Below, piece after piece: positions 39,748 through 52,685 of a stretch of DNA of 64,000 nucleotides. A program made the position numbers and the translations under genes. Under the pieces are notes generated by a model. It saw nothing but the letters and a program-made list of their open reading frames with translations, searched no databases and was not told the origin of the DNA. Source of the DNA: Haliotis rubra (Eukaryota); contig NW_025766736.1 of the NCBI RefSeq assembly GCF_003918875.1, positions 248,001 through 312,000 on the forward strand, written 5' to 3'. The stretch's first letter is position 1. Each line of letters starts with the position of its first letter.

Positions 39748-39985
39748 GCACTTAAAAGAACCCACGAATCCGTTGGTATATGACCAGATGGTGGCCACAT
39801 GAATACGTGCAAACACCTAGTTGCGGGTATAGCAACGTGCAGTGAACATGGACAAAGTACTGTGACTATGTGTCCCAGTCCACCCTGCTGTGAATGGATA
39901 CCTCGTAAGGATGGGAATGCCACAATAACTCAGTGCGCCTATTGGCTGCAAGAGTTGTATGATCCCCAGGGAGTTGAGATTGACA
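39748..39985 (+). mobile_element. Old SINE body relic with a CORE-like segment
   Basis: ggacaaagtact...cccagtccaccctgctgtgaatggatacc resembles the invertebrate CORE domain; followed by gtatgatccccagggagttgag. Confidence 0.45.
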
Positions 39986-40109
39986 ATACGGTGTGCCGTT
40001 GACATCCAGTGAACGAGGGAAAAACTAAGCGCTTTTGAGCAGCTGAGCTGAGCTGGATATCGGCGCTATACAAATATGTTATGTTAGTATGTATGATTGC
40101 TACATGTTC

Positions 40110-40251
40110 TGTTTTTGTTTGTTGTTTAATCCCGCAGACAACCCAAGGATCAACAGCATAAGCATCGGTAAACCAAATCAGTCTGATCACCCGACCCCAT
40201 TAGTCTTACGACAAGCATGGGTTACTGAAGACCAGTTCTAACCCGGATCTT
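40110..40251 (-). mobile_element. Retroposon family B relic
   Basis: cttacgacaagcatgggttactgaagaccagttctaacccggatcttc. Confidence 0.75.
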
Positions 40252-42099
40252 CTGTTTGTTGTCTGTGTGTACTTGTTTGGTTGTTTGCATGTACACTAAC
40301 GAACTAACACATATACCGAACCGGTTCCGCGCAGTTACTGTATATTTTAGACGAAATGCATATAACGAACTACTGTTAATACGAACTAAAATTCATTGTC
40401 CCTTTGAATTCGTTATGCCTTAATATACTGAGCCTGTTAATTGAGCAGTTCTATCCAAATCAAGACATGATTATGTACAAAGATGTCTGAATCCTCACTT
40501 ATACCCTCTATCACGTTATAGAAAACATTACCCATTCATCACAGGGATATTGAAACCTCCCCTTGATCTAGATACAGGTTACGAACAGGTAAATATTCTG
40601 TTCAAGCATGTTTCCCATATGGCCCAAGAAAAATCAATATAATACAAACAAAAGTGTGCCATGATGATAGTGCACTAAGGAGTGTTTATTTAGAAATGGC
40701 TTAAACGAGTATCCATAACACCGATGAGGCAGCCCATGTGAAAAGTCACATTATTTTTCATTTAATGTCCATGGTTCTAATTGGCTGGTATCAAACTGCA
40801 CCCTCTATGGTTACCAATGAAAGATGATCTGTGATGTTGATACTGATTTGATCCTAGATGGCAAGGAAGAGTTTCCTAATCAAATAAACAAAAACATTTT
40901 TCCGAATGTAAAGAATATATATTGAGTGAGCAATGCTTGTGTCTATGTTTCTTTATTTCTGTTGAATTTCTTTCTTTGTCACTCAATGAAATTATTGAAA
41001 ATAACCCTCTTGTAGAGCTGTAGGAACAGAGTGCTCTAAGTCATAAGTGAAAACTTGTCCTTAATCCTTATCATGAAAATGGATATGTTTAAAATAGACT
41101 TGCTTATCGATTCAAGCTTTCCCTCATTAAGCCGTATTGCGCAGAACGAATAGTTTCAAATCCGACTTGCTAAAAGGAAATTTGGAAATGCGTCTCGAGT
41201 GTTTTGCAATAATGAACTAGTGAGGATCAGACTTTGGTCAAAATACCAAAGGCGGTTAAATAATCGGAACACGTTCTGTTGTATTTATGCAAACAGTTAT
41301 GTAATTCATAATGAAAAATCGGGTTTTGAATAGCTAGGCTAGCGTAATTTGTAGCATATTATTGACAATCAGCGCCAAAAGCTGGTTTAATATCTCCATG
41401 TCACGCCTTTAGCATATTTACAGATTATTTTCATCTGTATTGGTGTTAATGATCCATCTGCGGAAGGTAATGTGATTATCTGCAGGAACACATATGCTTG
41501 CACGTGATATTTTCATATAATGAAGCACCTAATAATAGATTTAATAATGTGGGTATTGTTGATAATTATCTGAGATTGGTGACCAGCATGCACCCTGTCC
41601 AGCTGAGTTAAACTAAATATCAGAAATAGTAATTGTTTTAAGCATGTATTGCTAATACGGGATATTTGGCACCACAAAGTACACAATTGTTATGACCTCT
41701 TTATCAAGTAATATCCTTTTAAAATTATGTTGTCGAAAATGTGTTTTCATCACACAAAAACGTTAAGCAAATATTGCTAGTTATCCTGGAATATGCGCAG
41801 AAAATATTTTGTCACATGCTAAATGATTCGTCAGTCGGGAAAAATACACGAATGTGTTTAGATTAGATTTTGCTTTTCTGTATCTCATGTGTTTAAGAAT
41901 AATAACAGGCCGTATAACATGATAATATTCTTTTACCACCATCATTTATCATTGCTTTAGGCCCCCGGCCTATAACAACACATTACGTAAGGAAAATATG
42001 TGTACATAACAGTGAGCAGGTAACACGAGTCATTTTAACAAGATGCTCTAAGCATTGATGCATGATAAATATACCGAGCTGTGTTCTGAATTATATCAT

Positions 42100-42640
42100 C
42101 ATTGTTAGTGGTAAACAGAATGAAATTACGAAACAATGGGTTTCTAAGAACTTTTGGGGGTATAAGTTTGCCTCAAATCTATAAATGAAATGAAATTCAT
42201 CCTCAACACGTCCATATTTACAAAGCTTACAATATCCGTCTTCTCTACAGATTCCTAATTCCCTTCCCTTTTCAATTTCCAGTGGTACTACACCACATCT
42301 AAAGTTAGCCAGTATATGCCTGATTTTGGAATAGTCACAGCTTTCAAATATCTCTCTGGTTCAAAAATTGTTTTTAAAGTAGAAAGTTTTGATGACGATT
42401 CGAGTCCTGCGTACGATTCTGAGATAAATACATCTCTTATCCTTTGTGAAAATTGGTATAAAAATAAATCATTATTTTCAACACCCTTATTCAACTATAT
42501 GAACATGAATCCGTCAGAACATAAACTATTTCTTACAGCGGTTATCCAGTTTGTTTTATTCTTTAATATTCTTTCACGAATGTTTGGATAAAAGCTGCAA
42601 AAGAATATTTTAGTATTTTTGTTTCAACCCTGGCCTCCTC
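42100..42640 (-). mobile_element. CR1/L2-group LINE ORF2 C-terminal relic
   Basis: Minus-strand pieces FLYQFSQRIRDVF...SSSKL...FEPERYL and PLEIEKGR...CKLC...VEDEFHFI match the LxIExGR..C..C...EDEFH motif typical of these LINEs. Confidence 0.7.
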
Positions 42641-42662
42641 CAAATAAGGTATAGGCCATTAG

Positions 42663-42882
42663 CAGTGTAGGAAATAAGGCCCGTCCGACCGTCCGAGACG
42701 GGCTAAATTTCTTACGGACGGTCTAGATTTACAGCTAGCCAGTCCGATGGTATGGTACAAATTTTATATGTTCCATACATAGAGTAAATTCACCTTATCT
42801 TGGTGTCTAGATCTGGGATGGTAACATTTTGAAGTTACCAGCCCTGATGTCTGGCTGGGTTTTTGGCTTATTTCATACACTG
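42663..42882. mobile_element. hAT-like MITE
   Basis: TIR cagtgtaggaaataag / cttatttcatacactg; 8-mer gtataggc at 42649 and 42883 (the left copy is offset by 6 bp). Confidence 0.7.
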
Positions 42883-43920
42883 GTATAGGCAAAATTTAAA
42901 TTCGTTCCGCAAAACAATCACTTTTAAGATGTATTAATATTAATTTCTTAATCAGAACCGACGGTCTAAACTGCGAATGACTTACGGTTCTCAAAGTTGA
43001 CATTTTGACATCAGATGTTAATGAATCCGATACAATTCATCTTTGAATGTGTACCATAACTTCACGTTTTTCTTGACATGCCTTTGCAAGTGTTTGTGAT
43101 TGGCGTCGCCGGTGGTACAGGACACGTTCTCCATTTAGGGAGCACCACGTATCATCACTATTTAACAGTGATTCAAAACCAAATGCTTATATTGAAACCT
43201 TTTTTTTCCTTTTTTTCTTTTTATATTGAAACCTTAATCGCAGAGTGGACTATGCTATATCAATTTCGATTATCGTTAGCTTTGCTATTTGCATCACCTT
43301 TGTCAGATTATTTCGCAGCTACCGTTCAGCATCATCCTATACATATCGCATTCTACTGCTGGCCAATATTAATGTCTTTCCAGGACCGGATAGTCGTGAA
43401 TTTGTTTTATTATCTGTCATCCCAGACAAAGCTCGTAAATGATGCAGCAGAGCGGAATCAATCATCGTTTGAATGATGATCATTTTGATCGATTATGCAG
43501 TAAGATGCAGCTGTAAATACACATTTGTTATAATTCATTCCAAACACTGTCATATATCAAATCCGCCAGTATGTACATGTCACCCTAAACTGTCGATAAG
43601 GAGAAAATGTGCGATCGAAAACGTGAATTATCAGACAGAAAAACGAAACATGTCGATTTAAAATCATGCGGACACAATAGCCTGCATACGCTCAGTGAAT
43701 CCCCATTCAAGGCAAATATAATATTTAATAATCACTGCATATGAATCATAATGAAAGCTATATGCATGCACATACATGCATAGTAGATGATTATAAACGG
43801 GCCTTAATACCTGAATAGCCTGGAATTGCAAAAGTGTCATACGGTTGAAAACTTTACACGTCTAAAACGTATATTCGTCTAGAAAACTCCTTTGAGAGGC
43901 ATTTAGAAGTTGGAACAGTA

Positions 43921-46900
43921 AGGAAGGATAACAATATATGTACGGACAACTTCTTTATTACAGTGAGAGTGTGAGTTTCGGTGTAGGCTCTAACATTGTT
44001 ATTAAGCAGCCTACACCGAAATGTCGCCCTCACGGTAATAAAGGAGTTGTTCATCCATATTTTGTTATCCTTCTTTATAACTCGACTAGAGGCTCTAACA
44101 CCGCTATTAAACAGCCTACACCAAAACGTCGCTCTCACGGTAATAAAGAAGTTGTTCATCCATAGATTGTTATCCTTCCTTACAATCTGATCTGGAGGCT
44201 CTAACACCGTTACTAAACAGCCTACAACGTCTCTTTCGCGGTAATAAAGAAGTTGTGCATCCATCTATCGTTATCCTTCTTCTACAACTCGTCTAGAGGC
44301 TCTAACACCGTTAGTAAGCATCCTACACCAAAGTCTCTCTCATCCATCTATCGTTATCCTTCTTAACAACTCGTCTAGAGGCTCTAACACCGATAGTAAG
44401 CCTACACCGAAATGTCGCTCTCACGCCTTCATTTGTAATAAAGAAGTTGTTCATCCATCTATCGTTATCCTTCTTTACAACTCGTCTAGAGGCTCTAACA
44501 CCGATAGTAAGCAGCCTACACCGAAATGTCGCTCTCACGGTAATAAAGAAGTTGTTCATCCATCTATTGTTATCCTTCTTTACAACTCGTCTAGAGGCTC
44601 TAACACCGATAGTAAGCAGCCTACACCGAAATGTCGCTCTCACGGTAATATAGAAGTTGTTCATCCATCTTTTGTTATCCTTCCTATAACTCGTCTAGAG
44701 GCTCTAACACCGATAAGCTACACCGAAATGTCGCTCTCACGGTAATATAGAAGTTGTTCATCCATCTTTTGTTATCCTTCCTTACAACTCGTCTAGAGGC
44801 TCTAACACCGATAGTAAGCAGCCTACACCGAAATGTCGCTCTCACGCTAATAAAGGAGTTGTTCATCCATCTATCGTTACCCTTCTTTACAACTCGTCTA
44901 GAGGCTCTAACACCGATAGTAAGCAGCTTACACCGAAATGTCGCTCTCACGCTAATAAAGGAGTTGTTCATCCATCTATCGTTATCCTTCTTTACAACTC
45001 GTCTAGAGGCTCTAACACCGATAGTAAGCAGCCTACGCCGAAATGTCGCTCTCACGGTAATAAAGAAGTTGTTCATCCATCTATCGTTACCCTTCTTTAC
45101 AACTCGTCTAGAGGCTCTAACACCGATAGTAAGCAGCCTACACCGAAATGTCGCTCTCACGGTAATAAAGAAGTTGTTCATCCATCTATCGTTACCCTTC
45201 CTTACAACTCGTCTAGAGGCTCTAACACCGATAGTAAGCAGCCTACACCGAAACGGCGCTCTCACGCTAATAAAGAAGTTGTTCATCCATCTATCGTTAT
45301 CCTTCTTTACAACTCGTCTAGAGGCTCTAACACCGATAGTAAGCAGCCTATACCGAAATGTCGCTCTCACGGTAATAAAGAAGTTGTTCATCCATCTATC
45401 GTTACCCTTCTTTACAACTCGTCTAGAGGCTCTAACACCGATAGTAACCAGCCTACACCGAAATGGCGCTCTCACGCTAATAAAGGAGTTGTTCATCCAT
45501 CTATCGTTACCCTTCTTTACAACTCGTCTAGAGGCTCTAACACCGATAGTAAGCAGCCTACACCGAAATGTCGCTCTCACGGTAATAAAGAAGTTGTTCA
45601 TCCATCTATCGTTACCCTTCTTTACAACTCGTCTAGAGGCTCTAACACCGATAGTAAGCAGCCTACACCGAAATGTCGCTCTCACGGTAATAAAGGAGTT
45701 GTTCATCCACCTATCGTTACCCTTCTTTACAACTCGTCTAGAGGCTCTAACACCGATAGTAAGCAGCCTACACCGAAATGTCGCTCTCACGGTAATAAAG
45801 GAGTTGTTCATCCACCTATCGTTACCCTTCTTTACAACTCGTCTAGAGGCCCTAACACCGATAGTAACCAGCCTACACCGAAATGTCGCTCTCACGGTAA
45901 TAAAGAAGTTGTTCATCCATCTATCGTTACCCTTCTTTACAACTCGTCTAGAGGCTCTAACACCGATAGTAAGCAGCCTACACCGAAATGTCGCTCTCAC
46001 GGTAATAAAGGAGTTGTTCATCCACCTATCGTTACCCTTCTTTACAACTCGTCTAGAGGCTCTAACACCGATAGTAAGCAGCCTACACCGAAATGTCGCT
46101 CTCACGGTAATAAAGGAGTTGTTCATCCACCTATCGTTTATCCTTCTTTACAACTCGTCTAGAGGCTCTAACACCGATAGTAAGCAGCCTACACCGAAAT
46201 GTCGCTCTCACGGTAATAAAGGAGTTGTTCATCCACCTATCGTTACCCTTCTTTACAACTCGTCTAGAGGCTCTAACACCGATAGTAAGCAGCCTACACC
46301 GAAATGTCGCTCTCACGGTAATAAAGGAGTTGTTCATCCATCTATCGTTATCCTTCTTTACAACTCGTCTAGAGGCTCTAACACCGATAGTAAGCAGCCT
46401 ACACCGAAATGTCGCTCTCACGGTAATAAAGGAGTTGTTCATCCATCTATCGTTATCCTTCTTTACAACTCGACTAGAGGCTCTAACACCGATAGTAAGC
46501 AGCCTACACCGAAATGTCGCTCTCACGGTAATAAAGGAGTTGTTCATCCATCTATCGTTACCCTTCTTTACAACTCGTCTAGAGGCTCTAACACCGATAG
46601 TAAGCAGCCTACACCGAAATGTCGCTCTCACGGTAATAAAGAAGTTGTTCATCCATCTATCGTTACCCTTCTTTACAACTCGTCTAGAGGCTCTAACACC
46701 GATAGTAAGCAGCCTACACCGAAATGTCGCTCTCACGGTAATAAAGGAGTTGTTCATCCATCTATCGTTACCCTTCTTTACAACTCGTCTAGAGGCTCTA
46801 ACACCGATAGTAAGCAGCCTACACCGAAATGTCGCTCTCACGGTAATAAAGGAGTTGTTCATCCATCTATCGTTACCCTTCTTTACAACTCGTCTAGAGG

Positions 46901-47000
46901 CTCTAACACCGATAGTAAGCAGCCTACACCGAAATGTCGCTCTCACGGTAATAAAGGAGTTGTTCATCCATCTATCGTTATCCTTCTTTACAACTCGTCC
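43921..47000. repeat. 105-bp satellite array (about 28 units) preceded by an inverted partial unit
   Basis: Unit ttcatccatctatcgttacccttctttacaactcgtctagaggctctaacaccgatagtaagcagcctacaccgaaatgtcgctctcacggtaataaaggagttg; source of the 268-780 aa repeat ORFs on both strands. Confidence 0.97.
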
Positions 47001-47006
47001 AGATAT

Positions 47007-47118
47007 GGTCCATATCCACAAAGCGAACTAAGCACTACAACAGTCGTAACCCTGTCTAAAATACGGGATTGTTACGATCGTCAAACACCACCGTAATATC
47101 GCTTTGTGAATAATGCCC
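47007..47118. mobile_element. Small hairpin MITE at the right edge of the satellite
   Basis: IR tatccacaaagcga / tcgctttgtgaata. Confidence 0.6.
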
Positions 47119-47671
47119 AACCCTGATATTGTTTGCGTAGGAGTCAAGTGTTTGCAATTACACTGTTGTTGGATTAACAAACACTCCTATCGATAAATCC
47201 TAACCTAGGTGTTGAATAGTGTACATGTATTTACTCTTCTGATGAGTCGATATTTGACAGTGGTACTCTAAGTGTATGACCAATACCTGATCTTTATCAT
47301 TGTTTGTCGAGCGTTTCGTACACAGGTATTTGAGAAAGAATGTAAGCATGTGTCTATAACCCTGCTGTTATGTCTGCATGCGTGGTGTTTGGACAAGGCG
47401 ACCTACAAACTGCATTTAACCAGGTCTTCTTTACTATGTAAACATATTACTGAATAGTCCAATGTCATGTCACATGGCGAGGACTGACCACACAAACTAG
47501 TGATCGATATTGTGAGCAACGACAATTGCGCACTAATTATAAGGTCACAGCTGAGCGCAAAGGTTCCTAAGTGGTTCTCAGATACTAATTCCATGTAACC
47601 TTCAAGACCTTTCGATTACCGTTTCAGTAGCTGCAAGAGTCAAAGTGGTACTAGGAACTAAAGTTCCCTGG

Positions 47672-47900
47672 GACCGCCCCTTTGGTGTAGTGGATAGAGC
47701 GTCTGACCAGAAAACGGAAGGTCGATGGTTCGATCCCGTGGGCATCATGCCTAAAATGTTAAAAGATGGTTCTTGTTGCTTCCCTGCCTGGTGTACGTCA
47801 TTAAAGGGATAAAACAAAGACTCAGTATACTGTTCCTAAGGGGGCATCCGCGGTATGGTGTCGCGGCCTAGTATACCGGCACTGTAAAACCGGCATTAAT
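47672..47900 (+). mobile_element. SINE family C (Meta-like), diverged
   Basis: gaccgcc...ggtgtagtgg...ggttcgatccc...gttaaaagatggttcttgttgcttccctgcctgg; aligns with the 57595 copy. Confidence 0.75.
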
Positions 47901-48032
47901 GCAGGGTTACTGCAAGTGGATGAAAGGTTATTAAATCATATTCTTATAATACACGTGTGAAGGTTTGTGTGCTACATACCTCTCCTGTTGGAATAATGTG
48001 AAGAGTTTTCCTCTGAACTGACGGAAAGGTCT

Positions 48033-48383
48033 AAAAATGAAGCATACAACTTTATAGATGACAAAACGGCATTTTAGAAGCTAGTGAGCCAAAAATGAAG
48101 CATACAAATTCAATAATAAACAAAAAGTTGTCATCCATATTATGATAAACAAGAAGTTGTCATCCATATTATGATAAACAAGAAGTTGTCATCCATATTA
48201 TGATAAACAAGAAGTTGTCATCCATATTATGATAAACAAGAAGTTGTCATCCATATTATGATAAACAAGAAGTTGTCATCCATATTATGATAAACAAGAA
48301 GTTGTCATCCATATTATGATAAACAAGAAGTCACCCATAAAGTGTCATGCTTCATTTTTGACTCACTAACAGTGTTAGAATGC
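48033..48383. repeat. 29-bp tandem array (about 7 units, 48116-48330) inside a foldback element
   Basis: Unit ataaacaagaagttgtcatccatattatg; IR arms at 48069-48103 and 48347-48383. Confidence 0.85.
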
Positions 48384-48844
48384 CCACACAAAGTGTGGTA
48401 CTCTTTGTGTACAGGTCTATGTTTCCACACTTTGAAATTGGTAAATCTTTGTTGCTGAGGTATAACTAGCTCGAGAATGCCTGTAACCCATGAAGTTTGC
48501 TGCTGGAGTCGTGCACTCCCTGACTTTGTTTACTAGTAACTATATTTTCTTACTTTGAAAATTTGTAACTCTTTGTTGCCAATATGTAACCAGCCCTAAC
48601 ATGGAGTTGTGCACTCCCTGTGTTTGTATACCTATCTGAAATGAATGAAAATATAAATAAAAAAAACAAACTGTTAGAATGCCGTTCAAATAATCGGAAT
48701 GATCTCGTGATGTGATCAAGAGTGCGTGATGTGATCAACCTGTTTCTGTCGGTGTCCCCATGGGTAGATACACTCCTGATCACAAGAATATACCACAGGA
48801 GGTTTCAATTGCATTGTACCTACTGTAACGATGAATTTGGTTCA

Positions 48845-49135
48845 GTTTGTTTGTTGTTTTACGCCGCACTCAGCAATATTCCAGCTATATGGCGGCGAGT
48901 CTGTACATAATCGAGTCTGGACCAGACAATCCAGCGATCAACAGCATGAGCATCGATCTACGCTATTGGGATACGATGATATGTGTCAACGAAGTCAGCG
49001 AGCCTGACCATCCGATCCCGTTAGTCGCCTCTTACGACAAGCATTGGTTGCTGAAGACCAATTCTAACCCGGATCTTCATGGGAGAGACAGGCATGGGTT
49101 GCTGAAGACCAATTCTAATGAGGATCTTCACGGTT
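48845..49135 (-). mobile_element. Full-length retroposon family B plus a duplicated 5' head (49092-49135)
   Basis: Complete reverse match, followed by a second gcatgggttgctgaagaccaattctaa...gatcttcacgg. Confidence 0.9.
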
Positions 49136-49280
49136 AGTAACGACGCAGATGCAACATCTGCATCAACGACATCCTCGTTAGTCTTGCAGTCTTGAAGCTT
49201 TCGTTTTTACTTTTCAAAAACAGTATATGATGCTGGCTATCAATTATAAGCCGGACCTATCACGGGGTACATACAATGAG

Positions 49281-49525
49281 ACCCGTGAAGATCCGGTTAG
49301 AATGGGTCTTCAGCAACCCATGCTTGTCGTAAGAGGTGACTAACGGGATCGGATGGTCAGGTTCGCTGACTTGGTTGAGACATGTCATCGTATCCAAGTT
49401 GCGTAGATCGATGTTCGTGCTGTTGATCACTGGATTGTCTGGTCCAGACTGGATTATTTACAGACCGCCGCCATATATATGGAATATTGCTGAGTTCGGC
49501 GTAAAACTAAAGTCATTCACTCACA
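49281..49525 (+). mobile_element. Full-length retroposon family B with an A-type tail
   Basis: Starts acccgtgaagatcc; ends ggcgtaaaactaaagtcattcactcac; degenerate TSD tacatacaatgag/tacattcaatgcg. Confidence 0.92.
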
Positions 49526-50259
49526 TACATTCAATGCGTTATAAGTATTGAAGAAAACGTTTGCGAGGAATACAGGATGCCCAAGGAGAATTAAATGAAA
49601 CTGGACCCGCTTCCTCTTCCCGGCAAAGATACTTTTCGGCAAGTACACCACTCACTTCCCTAAAGATCATGAATGCATTGTGTTAAAACATTGTTACGAA
49701 AATAAGCTTAATTGGAACCTTTGTAAATGCTAGTTTACACACTGGGGAGAAATTAATATTTATGCCTGTCAGAAGATATCCATTGACATCATCTGTTATT
49801 TAATTTACCATTGCTTTCGGTGTAGACTCAACATCGCAGCATACTTATAAGAAAAATACCTTCTTTTCAATTTGTGTGTCCTTGTTAATATTTTATAAAG
49901 ACCGTCCACCAAATAATTGAATTTAGCAAAACCCAGACAGAGATAATTAAATAACTTGCTTACATGAAACACAAGAATGATGAAGGGTTCACACGCAAGT
50001 TGGTGAATTGTTTCAATCAACGCCAGGTAACTCACATGAACAATAGGTGGCAAGTAATTAAGCATACAGGGCTTTTAGTTGAAGACTCGGTCCGGTTCAA
50101 TATACAAACTAGTTCATTAATTATCACATTTCGGTGTTTGTAGCCACCGCATGTCTTTCTGCAAAATGCCATTTCATTTGAATATTGATTGGTAGTTTTT
50201 AACTGTTCAGCGATGTACATGTACAACCTGATCTCGAAGAACAGTCCCAGAAAGGCTAA

Positions 50260-50950
50260 ATAGTATTAAACGTTGACTGATATATATATATTGTCAGTAG
50301 TTGATAGACTGGACTGAATCAGCGGTACATTAGTATGGATTGTATCAAACGTTGACTTGTATAGAGCATATTAAACGTTGACTTATATAGATTATGTTTA
50401 ACGTTTACCTGTTTAGATTGAATAAAATGTTGACCAGTGTAGATCGATATAATCAGCAGTTGATTAGTATAGATTGTATCAAAGGCAGACCTGTATAGAT
50501 TGTATCAAACGTTGACTTGTTTAGAGCATATTAAACGTTGACTAGTATAGATACTGTCAGTAGTTGACTAGTAAATATTGTATAAAATGTTGACGAGTAT
50601 AGACTTTATCAGTAGTTGACTATAATACATTGTATCAAACGTTAACTTGTATAGATTATATTAAACGTTAACTTGTATAGACTTTATCAAATATTGACTA
50701 GTATAGATATTATCAGTAGTTGACTAGTATATATTGTATGAAAGGTTGAGGAGTCTAGATTTTTTTTTCAAACGTTGACTAGCATAGATTTTATACAGGA
50801 CAAAAATAGTTAGGGATATATGTACATTTTGAAATTATGAATTATGATCTATTTATTCATTGACACACTGATAAAATATCAATCATAAAAATACCAATAT
50901 CCCTAACTTATTTTGTCCAGTATATTAAATGTTGACTATTGTAGATTCCA
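50260..50950. repeat. Degenerate minisatellite of about 26-28 bp
   Basis: Recurrent tagattgtatcaaacgttgact(t/a)gta. Confidence 0.75.
50794..50922 (+). mobile_element. Tc1/mariner-type MITE, copy 1
   Basis: TIR tacaggacaaaaatagttagggata / tatccctaacttattttgtccagta in TA context. Confidence 0.8.
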
Positions 50951-51674
50951 GACTAAACCGGGGATGTATTTACCATATTCAGTTTTTATCATGCATTTAT
51001 TTAATAACAGTCTTTGACCCTTTAGGCTACAAAAATATGAGACACTTGTTTTTAACTTTTTATGTACATATCGTCAACTCTGATGATGATGATGAATCTT
51101 ACGATAGAGGTAGTTGGTGTAAACTACCAGGCCAAGGAAGGTATACACGTGACAATTCACACTTTACCAAACATATTTCTGTTCTGTGACGTGGGTCCAG
51201 TGTCCTTGTGACGTCATGCCCACGTCACCTGAGCGAAACATTCATTCATATGATGCACGTAATATCACCTATGATACGTCACCATGGAATACCCCCCTTT
51301 GTTTACCTTATTTTCAGCCACCATCACACGCGAGTGTATGTTTTCTTAAAGCCTGGCAGCCTGTTTGTCAAAATAACATCTCCACTTTCAAAATCAAGTT
51401 ATCTTGTTTCTGTATTTTATTAATCATCTAGGCTTTTTTTATCAAAACAAGAAACGTATTCACACAAGTTGATATCTACATTCCAGGAACTACTTACTCT
51501 GAGTAGACGTTTATGCAACATAACTGCACACTTGTTCAGATCTAACACTGGTGCTTTATATGCAGATTGGCCAACTTGCATGAGAAACTGTATTAATCCT
51601 TTGTCAGAAACTTCAGTTAGCTATATCAAAGTTAAAACCAGTTAACACATATGGCATTCTTCCCTACAAAGTTA

Positions 51675-51885
51675 ACCTGTGAAGATCCGGGTTATAATTG
51701 GTCTCCAGACCCCCATGCTTGTCGTAAGAGGCAACTAACGGGATCGGGTGGTCAGACTCGCTGACTTGGTTGACACATGTCATCGTATCCAAGCTGTGTA
51801 GATGTATGCCCATGCTGTTGATCACTGGATTGTCTGGTCCAGATTCGATTATTTACAGACCGCTGCCGTATAGCTGGAATATTGC
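51675..51885 (+). mobile_element. Retroposon family B
   Basis: acctgtgaagatccgggtt...gctggaatattgct. Confidence 0.88.
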
Positions 51886-52556
51886 TTCCAAGTGTGATGC
51901 CTTAACTTGTACCCCATACCTCAGTATATCCATTTTGAGCATGGAAGGGAAATATGCACGCCACCAGCTTCAAACAAAACATAATGGAGTCAGTTTGCAA
52001 TGGAAACAAGAAGGTAAACTCCTCTTTAAGAACGATCCCATCTGATTCAGTTCAATATTTAATTCTCAACATAACCCAACACTATTTCTAATTAACTTTG
52101 GCAAACATTAATTTGATTAATAATCTGGTAGTGTATAGAATAATAATGAATTGAGGGTAAAGATATCTGTTGTGGATTACAGCTTCAGAAAAAGATTACA
52201 GATTGCATATTTTCGGTCCACTACCCTTTCATAACTGTTTAGCGTTGTGTTCTAAACTCGGAACAGAAGGTATTATTTGCACTAATTTGTTTTATGTGTT
52301 TGTCTATTTCAAGCACCAGCAAACAAAAGCGTTGTGTCGACTGAAGTAGGGCAGTGTGCCGAGGTGGACTTGTCAATAAGACTCATAAGGAATCTGTGAT
52401 TGATTAATACAAATATGTATATTTCTATCGAACACCCAGATTCTTTATTATCGACACACTGCTGTACGATAAGATGCATACAAAAGTGCTGATACGTGTA
52501 TTTCCTTCTGTAATAATGGCACCGTATGAATAAACCAGGTTGAATTTATGGTTATA

Positions 52557-52685
52557 TGCTGGGCAAAATAAGTTAGGGATATTGGTATTTTTATTATTGA
52601 TATTTTATCAGTGTGACAATGAATAAATAGATCATTATTCATAATTTTAAACTTTGCACATATCCCTAACTATTTTTGTCCAGTA
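52557..52685 (-). mobile_element. Tc1/mariner-type MITE, copy 2 (inverted relative to copy 1)
   Basis: Reverse-complement match to 50794-50922, including the interior. Confidence 0.8.

Noticed and set aside
44323-47096. Long ORFs (780, 480, 296, 268 aa) with 35-aa repeats, superficially PPR-length
   Set aside because: They are translations of a 105-bp satellite that is open in several frames on both strands. The units are near-identical at DNA level, frameshifts occur, and there is no PPR consensus or splice context.
47236-47275. Hammerhead ribozyme core (ctgatgagtc...gac)
   Set aside because: CUGAUGA and a short stem II are present, but the required GAAA and stems I/III are missing.
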